39,048 nucleotides of DNA from an uncultured Candidatus Saccharibacteria bacterium (GTDB lineage Bacteria > Patescibacteriota > Minisyncoccia > UBA6257 > GWB1-50-10): positions 1 through 39,048 of the forward strand of contig CAYISE010000004.1 of NCBI GenBank assembly GCA_964366055.1. The letters are read 5' to 3'. Shown one piece after another: positions 1 through 8,378 of this stretch. Position 1 is the first letter of the stretch; every line of letters starts with the position of its first letter. The translations under genes and the position numbers were made by a program. A model generated the notes under the pieces. The model was not told where the DNA came from and did no database searches. It was given only the letters and a program-made list of their open reading frames with translations.

Positions 1-182
1 AGTTCATACCCCTTAATCATACAGAGGTGTTGCACTTACTTGTTGAACTTGCAAGTTACACATTTTCCGAACTGTATCGGATCTACCCGATGGTGAAAAT
101 TAGTATGGAAGGATTAGAGAGATTGGCTTGTTTGAGATAGGACTATGGGGTCAGGTTTTGGTGTAGATCGTATGATCTAAAA

Positions 183-431
183 CTAAGGCTCAACTGTTTC
201 TAAATTATCTAATGCATCACCCATCTCATCATAGGAAGACCAAGCATTAGATCTAGCATTTTCTATGTTTTGATTCGCTTGATCCAGCGCATCCTGATAA
301 GAGGATGACTCCTCTTCGCAATAAGATAACTCATCCTGCGATTCTGCTAATTGATTTTTCATATTTCGGTGGTCTCGCCAAAACCAAACAGACAGAACAA
401 TCAGGACAATGATTACCCAATTATTTCTCAT
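183..431 (-). CDS. Small membrane-anchored coiled-coil hypothetical protein
   Basis: N-terminal hydrophobic helix WVIIVLIVLSVWFW then acidic heptad-like region; 4-nt overlap with upstream ORF. Confidence 0.7.
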   Translation of the reverse strand: MRNNWVIIVLIVLSVWFWRDHRNMKNQLAESQDELSYCEEESSSYQDALDQANQNIENARSNAWSSYDEMGDALDNLETVEP

Positions 432-634
432 AATTGGTTATCCTTTTTCTTGTTTGCTCGCCAGCCGATTGTGTAAAAGAATATAAAAAATAATATGTCT
501 ATTCCTAAAAGTCCGAAGAAGGGATCTCTTTCTTCACTTGCGGAAATAAAAGAAAATAACGCTCCAATTACCCCAAAAATCAATGTTATTACCAACTGGC
601 CTTTTGTTATTGAATAAAAGTTTTTGTTTTCCAT
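428..634 (-). CDS. Small two-TM membrane hypothetical protein
   Basis: 68 aa, two hydrophobic segments, basic C-terminus. Confidence 0.7.
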   Translation of the reverse strand: MENKNFYSITKGQLVITLIFGVIGALFSFISASEERDPFFGLLGIDILFFIFFYTIGWRANKKKDNQL

Positions 635-655
635 ATTAGTTTTTAATGTAGTGCA

Positions 656-1591
656 CTATCTGCTGTACAAAATTTGTTGATATTCGGCCTGCAGTGCGTC
701 GTAATTAATTATGTACTGACTGTTTAGGTTTCTTACTACTGCGTCTGATTGTCCAGTTGTCATGCCACCATTACCACGAGCCGCCGCGATATCTTTGGCA
801 TATTTAGCATTGAGGTCAGCGATCTTTTGGTTTACGGCGTTTAATTTTTCTTGTTTATCTAACGCCGCTTTAATAACGGCATAATTTGCGGTATTTTGAG
901 TAGCAACATTAGAGGCAGCCAACCCTGCGGTGTATCTGTTGTTCTCATCGGTATATTCTTTGATAATCTGGTTGTATATTAATTCCCAAGAGTCAAATTC
1001 CGATGGAATACGTTTTCCCACTTTCGCTAATAAACCATCAAGTTTGAAGTAAAGATCATTAAGGTATTTTAAGTGGGCTTGTTGATTGATGTCTTGTATG
1101 CTTGCCTCTCTCGTGCTAACAATATCGCTATCAACCCTTTTGTCTCGCAAAAAAGCATATTTCCCTTGCAAATCATCATATAAAACTTTGTAGTCTCTAG
1201 TCTGAACAGGCGAGGGCGGTAAAACCGGAACGGGAATAATTGGCTGGACCACTACAGGAACCGGCGGTTTCGGAGCAACAACAGGTTTCTTTGGTGGCTG
1301 TGAAGCCACTGGCACTTGGTTATTACCAACTTTCTTCGTGGGAGGCAAAACTTGAGTTGTGGTCGCCGTTATCGTGGCTATTGTTCCTGTTGTAGTGGCT
1401 ATTTCACTTGTCTTATTTTCTAACTTTTTTTCCAATTCTTTTATCCGATTCTCTAAAACTTGGACTGGAGTATCTTGGACTGGTTGAGAGAAAGTCCAGT
1501 TGCTAAACCAACTCAAGGGATTCCACCACGCAGCGAAGGTAATTTATGGAATTATGAGCGTCAATAATGCCAGTAAAATTATTTTTTTCAT
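656..1591 (-). pseudogene. Secreted WWNP-motif Pro/Thr-rich coiled-coil protein with a premature stop in its signal peptide
   Basis: From ATG 1591: MKKIILLALLTLIIP*ITFAAWWNPLSWF, in frame with ORF 656..1516; single TAA at 1546-1544. Confidence 0.75.
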
Positions 1592-1597
1592 ATTAAT

Positions 1598-2170
1598 TTA
1601 TGGTAACGGTCCGAGATTATCCCAAAGATTCCTGTCATTTCGAGAATGCCAAAAATTACCATTTTTATCGGTCAGCCACCAAATATGCCAGTCAACGATG
1701 TCACTCACAGGAATCGGAACATCATGTCCTTGTACTCGACGGTAACTCAGGCCATCGCTTGTCCATACAGTGCCATCCGTTTTCAATAAGTAAGAATCAT
1801 AGGTAAATGCAATATTACCTGCTCCGTGTTGAGCTGGAAGTCCTTGTTCGCCGGTGTCTCCTTTATCTCCTTTCGGCCCGGCATCCCCCTGAATTCCTTG
1901 TGGGCCAGTCAAACCAATCGGTCCCTGTGGACCAACAGGTCCAGGCAGGAGTTGAATATTCGCAATTTTTTGAAACAGTTCGACAACTTGTTTTTCAAGA
2001 ATTATTACTCGTTGCACCAAACTCCTTATCGTAGACGAGATTGAGTTTGATAGATTAGCCGTTATTTCAGTAGGCGCAACCAACAGTTCAGCAGAAGAAA
2101 CTGGAGCACTTGCCAGTAACCCTGCTCCGAAAACAAATACTATAACCAAAACTAACGTTAATTTTTTCAT
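1598..2170 (-). CDS. Secreted collagen-like (Gly-X-Y repeat) protein
   Basis: Signal peptide, coiled coil, then GPVGPQGPIGLTGPQGIQGDAGPKGDKGDTGEQGLP. Confidence 0.85.
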   Translation of the reverse strand: MKKLTLVLVIVFVFGAGLLASAPVSSAELLVAPTEITANLSNSISSTIRSLVQRVIILEKQVVELFQKIANIQLLPGPVGPQGPIGLTGPQGIQGDAGPKGDKGDTGEQGLPAQHGAGNIAFTYDSYLLKTDGTVWTSDGLSYRRVQGHDVPIPVSDIVDWHIWWLTDKNGNFWHSRNDRNLWDNLGPLP

Positions 2171-2338
2171 AGTAATTTTAATCTTAATTTTTAATCAAAA
2201 ACCTCCCTATCATTGATATACCAAGCCTATACCTATGACAGGATAAATCAACAATGATCTTCTTGGCCGGTATTTTTAGTTTTCGATAATTCGATTAGTA
2301 TTTTGTGTTTTTTCATACCTAATTGTTCTAAAATTTGT

Positions 2339-2508
2339 TTATTGCTTTCCGCAAACAGTAACACAATTTTTTTTGTATTTGTATAAATAGCACATTTAGC
2401 ATAACAAGCATCGAATTCGGTCTTAGGGCTAAAGAAAAAATAGTAGGTAAAAGAAATACTTACAAACAGAATCCCTGCGATAATGACGTTTCGAAGAGTC
2501 TTGTCCAT
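2339..2508 (-). pseudogene. Small single-TM Cys-rich protein, probably frameshifted in an A8 run
   Basis: MDKTLR..TM..CYAKC; one extra A in the run at 2367-2374 gives a second CVTVC motif and a stop at 2341-2339. Confidence 0.5.
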
Positions 2509-2509
2509 T

Positions 2510-2713
2510 TTAGTTTGGGCCAACTTTGGTTTTTAATTTAATCCAACGATAAATTCCCACGATCAAACAGATCAATCCAATTAAACCAAAGACGTCCGCG
2601 ATAAAACCAGGAATAGGTTCAGCATATTCAGAATACATACTCGAGACTAACCCGAGCAAAAAACCAAAGAGAACTAACTTTTTCGGTGAGTAATTTGGTA
2701 AGCCAGTGATCAT
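2510..2713 (-). CDS. Small two-TM membrane hypothetical protein
   Basis: 67 aa with two hydrophobic helices; first gene of the minus-strand cassette. Confidence 0.65.
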   Translation of the reverse strand: MITGLPNYSPKKLVLFGFLLGLVSSMYSEYAEPIPGFIADVFGLIGLICLIVGIYRWIKLKTKVGPN

Positions 2714-2748
2714 AATTAATTAATATCTCTAATAATGATTAAACACAC

Positions 2749-2840
2749 AAAGCCCGACACCACGAGGTCTTGCGACCCTATAGAGGTTTCCCCCTATAAC
2801 GTAAGCCACGCCGTGAATGCCGGGTTTTCTATGGCTTACG
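2749..2840 (-). ncRNA. Cloverleaf-like structured RNA, C4/CI antisense-like architecture
   Basis: Minus strand: closing stem CCCGGCAUUCACG/CGUGGUGUCGGG with G-U pairs, GAAA and GCAA tetraloop hairpins, internal GUGGCUUACG complementary to adjacent CGUAAGCCAU. Confidence 0.55.
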
Positions 2841-2948
2841 ATTTTTGCCATGCCCATTACTGGGTTTAGGCCTTATTCAGTTGTAATTTTAGGGTAGCAC
2901 ACTGGTCAAATTAAAACAATCGGAAACTTGATTAGTGGCTTGAAATAA

Positions 2949-3779
2949 GGTAGAATTGCAGAAGGAGGATTTATTGATGGTAAATTTCATCAATCACTTA
3001 TAGATGCAGGTTTGTTTAATAAGGTGCAAGGACTTCTTACCGCCCGCAATGTTAGTGTCCATTATATTGATAAAGATTTCTTCACTTACCGAGGATTACT
3101 CCGATGTTCATGTGGTCGTGGGTATTCGCCCTATATTCAAAAGGGTATCACTTACTACCGGACACGCTGTAAGGATGGGTGCCATAATCCTGACAAAAAT
3201 TTAACCGAAACAGATATCCATAAATTAGTTCAGGCAACTCTTGCCACCATAAACTTTACAGACGATGAACTCGTGGAACTTGAGGAGAAAGCTAAAAAAG
3301 ATCTCGGCACTATCTCTGAATCTAGAATCAAAGAATTAGACGACCTCCATTCCCAAAGAAAAAAGGTTTTTGAGGATCTAGACTATCTCATGAACAATAA
3401 ATTAACTCTCCTACGGACCAACACAATGACTATGGTGGATATTAAAAGTGAAGAGAATCGGTTTAACGAACGATTGGCTGAGATAGACGGCAAGATAAAA
3501 ATTTACGCTGAATCAGCGCGAGATTTGCTAAAATATATCGTTACCTTTTCCGAACTCGTTAAAAACGCCAGTTTGTACTACGAACACGCTTTAGACACAG
3601 AAAAACGAGATCTAGTGACCCAAGTGTTTTCCGAACTCGTTTTTGAAGACCGAAAGCTTGTAAAATATAGGGCAAAAGATGGTTTCGACGCCCTTCTTAA
3701 TCGAAGTTGGGTATCTGGCTCCGCAGGTAGGACTCGAACCTACAACCATCTCCTTAACAGGGAGCCGCTCTACCATTGA
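2949..3779 (+). pseudogene. C-terminal remnant of a large serine recombinase (end of recombinase domain, Zn ribbon, coiled coil)
   Basis: After TAA 2946-2948 reads GRIAEGGFIDGKFHQSLIDAGLFNKVQGLL, then LRCSCG...YYRTRCKDGC; no catalytic N-terminal domain; reads into the tRNA. Confidence 0.8.
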
Positions 3780-3790
3780 GCTACCGAGGA
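3716..3790 (-). tRNA. tRNA-Asn (GTT), CCA encoded, imperfect acceptor stem
   Basis: TCCTCGG-TA-GCTC AATGGTA GAGC-G-GCTCC CT GTT AA GGAGA-TGGTT-GTAGG TTCGAGT CCTAC-CTGCGGA-GCCA. Confidence 0.95.
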
Positions 3791-3844
3791 ATAAAGTTTG
3801 CTTTTATTTGCTTTCAAAAGCAGTTTGATTATAATATACCTCGC

Positions 3845-4216
3845 ATGGAACGCAAGGAATTAATCCGCGCAATTTATCTGTATTTGTTCTCCCTCGTGGG
3901 GTTGGTGATTGTAGTCATCGGTCTCGTGAATCTGGTTGATTTGGGGTTGAAGGCCTTTGTATTTAAGAATGCCGACCGGCCGATAATCTACCCCGCTTAT
4001 CCCGCGAAGCTTGCGCCTCCCGATGCTAGGGACAATGTTGTGACTCCGGCTCCGGCGGAAGATGAAAAATACAAAATTGAGCAGGAAGAAGCCCAGAGGA
4101 AACAACAACAAAGCGACCGGGAACGAAGCGCTTCCAACGCTCTGGCGATGATTATCATCGGCGCGCCGCTTTTCCTGTATCACTGGCGGATTATTCAGAA
4201 GGATAGAAAGAATTAG
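3845..4216 (+). CDS. Two-TM membrane protein, DUF5671-like
   Basis: IYLYLFSLVGL and LFLYHWR helices; ATG 3845 follows TATAAT at ~3830; the longer ORF start overlaps the tRNA. Confidence 0.75.
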   Translation: MERKELIRAIYLYLFSLVGLVIVVIGLVNLVDLGLKAFVFKNADRPIIYPAYPAKLAPPDARDNVVTPAPAEDEKYKIEQEEAQRKQQQSDRERSASNALAMIIIGAPLFLYHWRIIQKDRKN

Positions 4217-4236
4217 AGTCCTCGTTTTTACGGCAT

Positions 4237-4309
4237 CCCCCTATAGCTCAGTTGGTAGAGCACCTGCCTTTTAAGCAGTGGGTCCCAGGTTCGAATCCTG
4301 GTGGGGGGA
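4237..4309 (+). tRNA. tRNA-Lys (TTT), CCA not encoded
   Basis: CCCCCTA-TA-GCTC AGTTGGTA GAGC-A-CCTGC CT TTT AA GCAGT-GGGTC-CCAGG TTCGAAT CCTGG-TGGGGGG-A. Confidence 0.95.
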
Positions 4310-4333
4310 CAATGGAGAGTTCCTATCCGTTTT

Positions 4334-5044
4334 ATGTCCAAACTTATTTTTGATATTGAGACCGTGGGAGAGAATTTTGACGGGTTGGATGCCACGACGC
4401 GGGAGGTTTTGACCAAATGGATTAAAAAAGAATCCGGGAGCGACGACGAATATCAAGAAGCCCTGCGCGACCTAAAACAGGGTCTCGGTTTTTCTCCTTT
4501 AACCGGCGAGATTGTGGCCATCGGCGTTTTGGATTACGAAAAGGAAAAAGGCGCGGTTTACTTTCAAGCTCCGGGGATTGATTTTAAGGAAACCGAGGAA
4601 AACGGGATTAAATTCAAGTCCGCGACCGAGAAGGAAATGCTGGAAAATTTCTGGAACGGCGCCAGGAGCTATCAGGAATTTATCAGTTTCAATGGCCGGA
4701 GTTTTGATGTGCCGTTTCTCATGGTCCGGTCGGCCATTCGCGGCGTGCGGCCGAGCAAGGATTTAATGTCTAATCGGTATTTGAACAGCCAGCGGTTTGA
4801 CGGCAAGCATATTGACCTTCTGGACCAGTTCTCTTTCTACGGCGCGGTGCGAAGAAAAGGTAATTTGCATCTTTGGAGCCGCGCCTTCGGCATTGAAAGC
4901 CCGAAAGCGGGGGGCGTCACCGGCGAAGATGTCGGAATTTTATTTAAAGAAAGGAAATTTTTGGATATCGCCAAATACAACGTCGGCGATTTAATCGCCA
5001 CGAAGAAGCTCTACGAATACTGGGAAAAATATCTGAAATTTTAA
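4334..5044 (+). CDS. 3'-5' exonuclease, PolB-related DEDDy (RNase H-like) family
   Basis: FDIET, FNGRSFDVPFL and YNVGD exonuclease motifs. Confidence 0.85.
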   Translation: MSKLIFDIETVGENFDGLDATTREVLTKWIKKESGSDDEYQEALRDLKQGLGFSPLTGEIVAIGVLDYEKEKGAVYFQAPGIDFKETEENGIKFKSATEKEMLENFWNGARSYQEFISFNGRSFDVPFLMVRSAIRGVRPSKDLMSNRYLNSQRFDGKHIDLLDQFSFYGAVRRKGNLHLWSRAFGIESPKAGGVTGEDVGILFKERKFLDIAKYNVGDLIATKKLYEYWEKYLKF

Positions 5045-5070
5045 AATTTGTTTGTGGCATAATTAAGTTA

Positions 5071-6333
5071 ATGAGATTTTGGGAGAAGGTCAAAAAAATT
5101 GGGCGGAGCGCCGGACCGGGACTCATTACCGGCGCCTCCGATGACGACCCCTCGGGCATTCTGACCTATCTCCAATCGGGGTTTGTTTTCGGCTTTCGGA
5201 CGCTGTGGCTCACGCTCTTCTGTCTGCCTTTTATGTATGCGATTCAGGAGATGTCGGCGCGGATAGGATACGTGACCGACAAGGGGCTCGTGAAAGTCAT
5301 CAAAGAACACTACGCGAAATGGATTTTGTATTTTATCGGGGGGATTTCGGTGATAGCGATTACCGTGAACATCGGCGCCGACCTGCTCGCCATCGGCGTG
5401 ATTGCCGAACGGCTCTCGTCGGTTTCAAGATTCTTCTGGCTACCGGCCGCGAGCGTTTTCATCCTTTTCTTTACGATTTTTCTTTCCTACCCGAAGTTTG
5501 CCGGTGCGCTCAAGTGGCTCATGCTTTCTTTCGCTTTTTACATCCTGACCGCTTTTTATCTTCACGTGGACTGGCTCGCGGCTTTGAAGGCGACCGTTTG
5601 GCCTTCTTTCAGTTTCAGCAAAGAATATGTTTTGCTTTTCACCGCGTTTTTAGGGACGACCATCTCGCCGTACCTGTTTTTTTGGCAAGCCGATGAGGAG
5701 ACGGAGGAGCGGGATGAGGAGAAAAAAGAACGGCGCCTGAAAAGATTTTTGGTGACGAAAAACGAATTGAAGCATTTGAAAAAGGACACTCTCTGGGGAA
5801 TGTTTTTCTCCCAGTTTATCACTTGGTTCGTTATCGCGGCGGCCGGGCAGGCGGCCGGTTTATACGGTTTGCCGGCGATTGCCAATTTTGACCAGGCCTC
5901 GCTGGTTTTAAAGCCGCTCCTGGGCCAATTTGCTTTTTTGATTTTCGGTCTGGGTATTATCGGCGCCGGCCTTCTGGCCATTCCGGTTTTGGCGGGTAGC
6001 ATCGGCTATATGCTCGCGGAGATTTTTAACTGGCGCGAAGGAATCAGCAAAACCTTCCGGGAGGCCAGGGGGTTTTATCTCGTCATCATTCTGGCGACTC
6101 TCATCGGGATGGCGCTGAATTTTTTTAATTTTGACCCCATCCAACTTCTGATTTATACCGGCGTCCTTTACACCTTCATTACTCCGCCGATTATTTTTCT
6201 CATCATTCGCATCGCCAACAACAAGACCATTATGAAGGGTCGGGCGAACACGCCCGTTTCAAATATCTTGGGCTGGCTGACGTTTGTTTTAATGCTGGCC
6301 GCCGCGGCGGTCTTCGCGATTTTTGTTTTCTGA
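5071..6333 (+). CDS. NRAMP-family divalent metal transporter
   Basis: GPGLITGASDDDPSGI, QEMSARIG, GTTISPYLFFWQ; multi-TM. Confidence 0.9.
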   Translation: MRFWEKVKKIGRSAGPGLITGASDDDPSGILTYLQSGFVFGFRTLWLTLFCLPFMYAIQEMSARIGYVTDKGLVKVIKEHYAKWILYFIGGISVIAITVNIGADLLAIGVIAERLSSVSRFFWLPAASVFILFFTIFLSYPKFAGALKWLMLSFAFYILTAFYLHVDWLAALKATVWPSFSFSKEYVLLFTAFLGTTISPYLFFWQADEETEERDEEKKERRLKRFLVTKNELKHLKKDTLWGMFFSQFITWFVIAAAGQAAGLYGLPAIANFDQASLVLKPLLGQFAFLIFGLGIIGAGLLAIPVLAGSIGYMLAEIFNWREGISKTFREARGFYLVIILATLIGMALNFFNFDPIQLLIYTGVLYTFITPPIIFLIIRIANNKTIMKGRANTPVSNILGWLTFVLMLAAAAVFAIFVF

Positions 6334-6354
6334 AAAAGCTGATAAGATAGGATT

Positions 6355-7695
6355 ATGAAGAAATATATTGAACCGAAATTGGCCTCCGGTTTCCGGGATT
6401 ATCTGCCGTCTGACGCGGCGGCCCGGGAGTGGATGGTAGAAACGATAAAAACCACATTCAAGCGGTTCGGTTTCGTGCCGCTGGATACGCCGGGGGCGGA
6501 GCGGGAAGAAATCTTAACCGGCGGCGACCCGGAGTTCAGAAAGCAGATTTTTAAATTAAATTTAAGCGGTCAGGATGAAAAAACCGCTCTGCGGTTTGAT
6601 TTGACGGTGCCGCTCGCGCGGGTGATTGCCACCTATTCCAATGAAATCGCGAAACCTTTCAAACGCTATCAAGTCGGGAATGTCTGGCGGGGGGAGCGGG
6701 CGCAGGCCGGCCGCTTCCGGGAATTCACGCAGTTTGACGCGGACATCGTGGGCGCGCCGGGCGTTGAGGCCGACGCGGAAATTATTTCTCTGATGTATGA
6801 GACATTAGCCGCGCTCGGTTTGGAAAATTTCGTGATTAAAATAAATAATCGGAAAATTCTGAATGCGCTTCCGGATTACGCCGGCTTTCCGGAAAATAAA
6901 CTTGAAAAGGTATTGAGAATCATGGACAAATTGGATAGGGAGAAATGGAGTGGAGTTGAGGCCGAGCTCGCTTCGGTTTCGGGCGCGGCTCTGAAAAAGG
7001 AGTCCATAAGAATCATTGGGAATTTTTTGGAACTGAAAGGAGAAAGTAAAAAAGTATTAAAAGAAGCCGCCGTTTTATTTAAGAATTCAAGCATAGCTGA
7101 GGAAGGTATCCTGGAATTGGGAGAATTGGCGAAAGATGTTGAGGCGCTCGGCGTTCCGGCGGGGAACTGGGCGATTGATTTTTCCGTGGCGCGCGGCTTG
7201 GGATATTACACCGGCCCGGTGTTTGAAGCGGCGCTGACCGATTGTCCGGAAATCGGTAGCGTTTTTTCCGGCGGGCGCTATGACGGATTGGTCTCTCGTT
7301 TCAGCTCCGTCAATATCCCCGCGACCGGCGCCTCGGTGGGCGTGGACCGGCTTTTTGCGGCGCTTCAAAAAATGGACATTCTTCCGAAATTTAATTCCGG
7401 AGCCCGCGCGCTCATTTTGAATTTTGACGAAGCGTCGCGGGGATTTTGCGAGGGTCTCGCGACGGAATTGCGCCGCGGCGGCATCGCGACGGAAATTTAT
7501 CTCGGCCAGGAAAAAAATCTGAAGGGCCAGCTTAATTACGCCATAAAGCAAAATTATCCGGCGGTGCTCATCGCAGGCGCCGAAGAAAGAAAGAAGGGGA
7601 TTGTTCAGATAAAGGATATAAAGAATCGGAAACAGGAGGCGGTGCCGAGAGAAGACATTTTGAACTACCTGAAAAATTTTTTGGGAGTTCGGTAA
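6355..7695 (+). CDS. hisS: Histidine--tRNA ligase
   Basis: LRFDLTVP, GRFREFTQFDAD, RGLGYYTG, GGRYD; C-terminal anticodon-binding domain. Confidence 0.97.
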   Translation: MKKYIEPKLASGFRDYLPSDAAAREWMVETIKTTFKRFGFVPLDTPGAEREEILTGGDPEFRKQIFKLNLSGQDEKTALRFDLTVPLARVIATYSNEIAKPFKRYQVGNVWRGERAQAGRFREFTQFDADIVGAPGVEADAEIISLMYETLAALGLENFVIKINNRKILNALPDYAGFPENKLEKVLRIMDKLDREKWSGVEAELASVSGAALKKESIRIIGNFLELKGESKKVLKEAAVLFKNSSIAEEGILELGELAKDVEALGVPAGNWAIDFSVARGLGYYTGPVFEAALTDCPEIGSVFSGGRYDGLVSRFSSVNIPATGASVGVDRLFAALQKMDILPKFNSGARALILNFDEASRGFCEGLATELRRGGIATEIYLGQEKNLKGQLNYAIKQNYPAVLIAGAEERKKGIVQIKDIKNRKQEAVPREDILNYLKNFLGVR

Positions 7696-7702
7696 ATTTT
7701 AT

Positions 7703-7726
7703 GGTGGTCTAATCAATTAGGCCACC
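7703..7726. repeat. 24-bp GGTG...CACC palindrome
   Basis: GGTGGTCTAATCAATTAGGCCACC; relatives at 14809, 30649 and 31577. Confidence 0.8.
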
Positions 7727-7733
7727 TCTTATT

Positions 7734-8378
7734 ATGTCTAGTGAAGAGAAATCAAAAAAACTTTCGGCGCTGAAGGAAAAAATGGTGGCCGATGAAAATC
7801 TGCCGCTTCGGGAGGCGAATTTCGTTTTTGGCGAGGGAAGCGCCGAAAGCGAGGTGATGTTTATCGGGGAAGCGCCGGGTTTTTTTGAAGATAAACTGCA
7901 AAGGCCGTTCGTGGGCCGCGCCGGAAAACTTTTGGGCAGATTATTGGCTGATATCGGCTGGCGGCGCGAGAACGTCTACATTTCCAACATTGTGAAACGC
8001 CGTCCGCCGGGGAATCGCGACCCCTTGCCGGAAGAACTTGAAGCGTATCGGCCGTATCTCACCGAAGAAATAGGGATTCTAAACCCGAAGATAATCGCGC
8101 CCTTGGGCCGATACTCAATGAATTACATTCTGCCGAACGCCAAAATCTCTGACGCTCACGGCAAGGTTTTTTGGTGGGGTGAACGACTCGTCATTCCTTT
8201 ATATCATCCTGCCGCCGCCTTGCGTTCCACGGGCGTTTTGCAGGAGTTGGAAAAAGATTTTCAAAAACTTAAAATCCTTCCTGGAAAATATGAAACATTT
8301 TTAGCCGAGCGCCGGGAAAAACAGAGAAATAACCCCATGGTCTCTCAAGATAAAAAAGAGCAGGAGAAATTGTTGTAA
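7734..8378 (+). CDS. Uracil-DNA glycosylase, family 4
   Basis: GEAPG, PFVGRAG, RPPGNRDP, YHPAA. Confidence 0.93.
   Translation: MSSEEKSKKLSALKEKMVADENLPLREANFVFGEGSAESEVMFIGEAPGFFEDKLQRPFVGRAGKLLGRLLADIGWRRENVYISNIVKRRPPGNRDPLPEELEAYRPYLTEEIGILNPKIIAPLGRYSMNYILPNAKISDAHGKVFWWGERLVIPLYHPAAALRSTGVLQELEKDFQKLKILPGKYETFLAERREKQRNNPMVSQDKKEQEKLL

Larger units (their letters stand above)
1..3760. mobile_element. Decaying integrative island adjoining the 3' end of tRNA-Asn; left boundary outside the window
   Basis: Visibly more AT-rich than the rest of the window; serine-recombinase remnant runs into the tRNA; co-oriented small ORFs, some with nonsense or frameshift lesions. Confidence 0.8.

Noticed and set aside
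1-180. Possible 3' end of a + strand gene at the window edge
   Set aside because: Two short open frames with no recognisable motif; cannot be supported
1544-1546. Stop-codon reassignment explaining the in-frame stop
   Set aside because: TAA, TAG and TGA all end conserved genes here and Trp uses TGG; an isolated lesion is simpler
3776-4333. ORF-track starts at 3776 and 4301 and minus-strand ORFs at 4228-4456
   Set aside because: They overlap tRNA genes; better starts are 3845 and 4334
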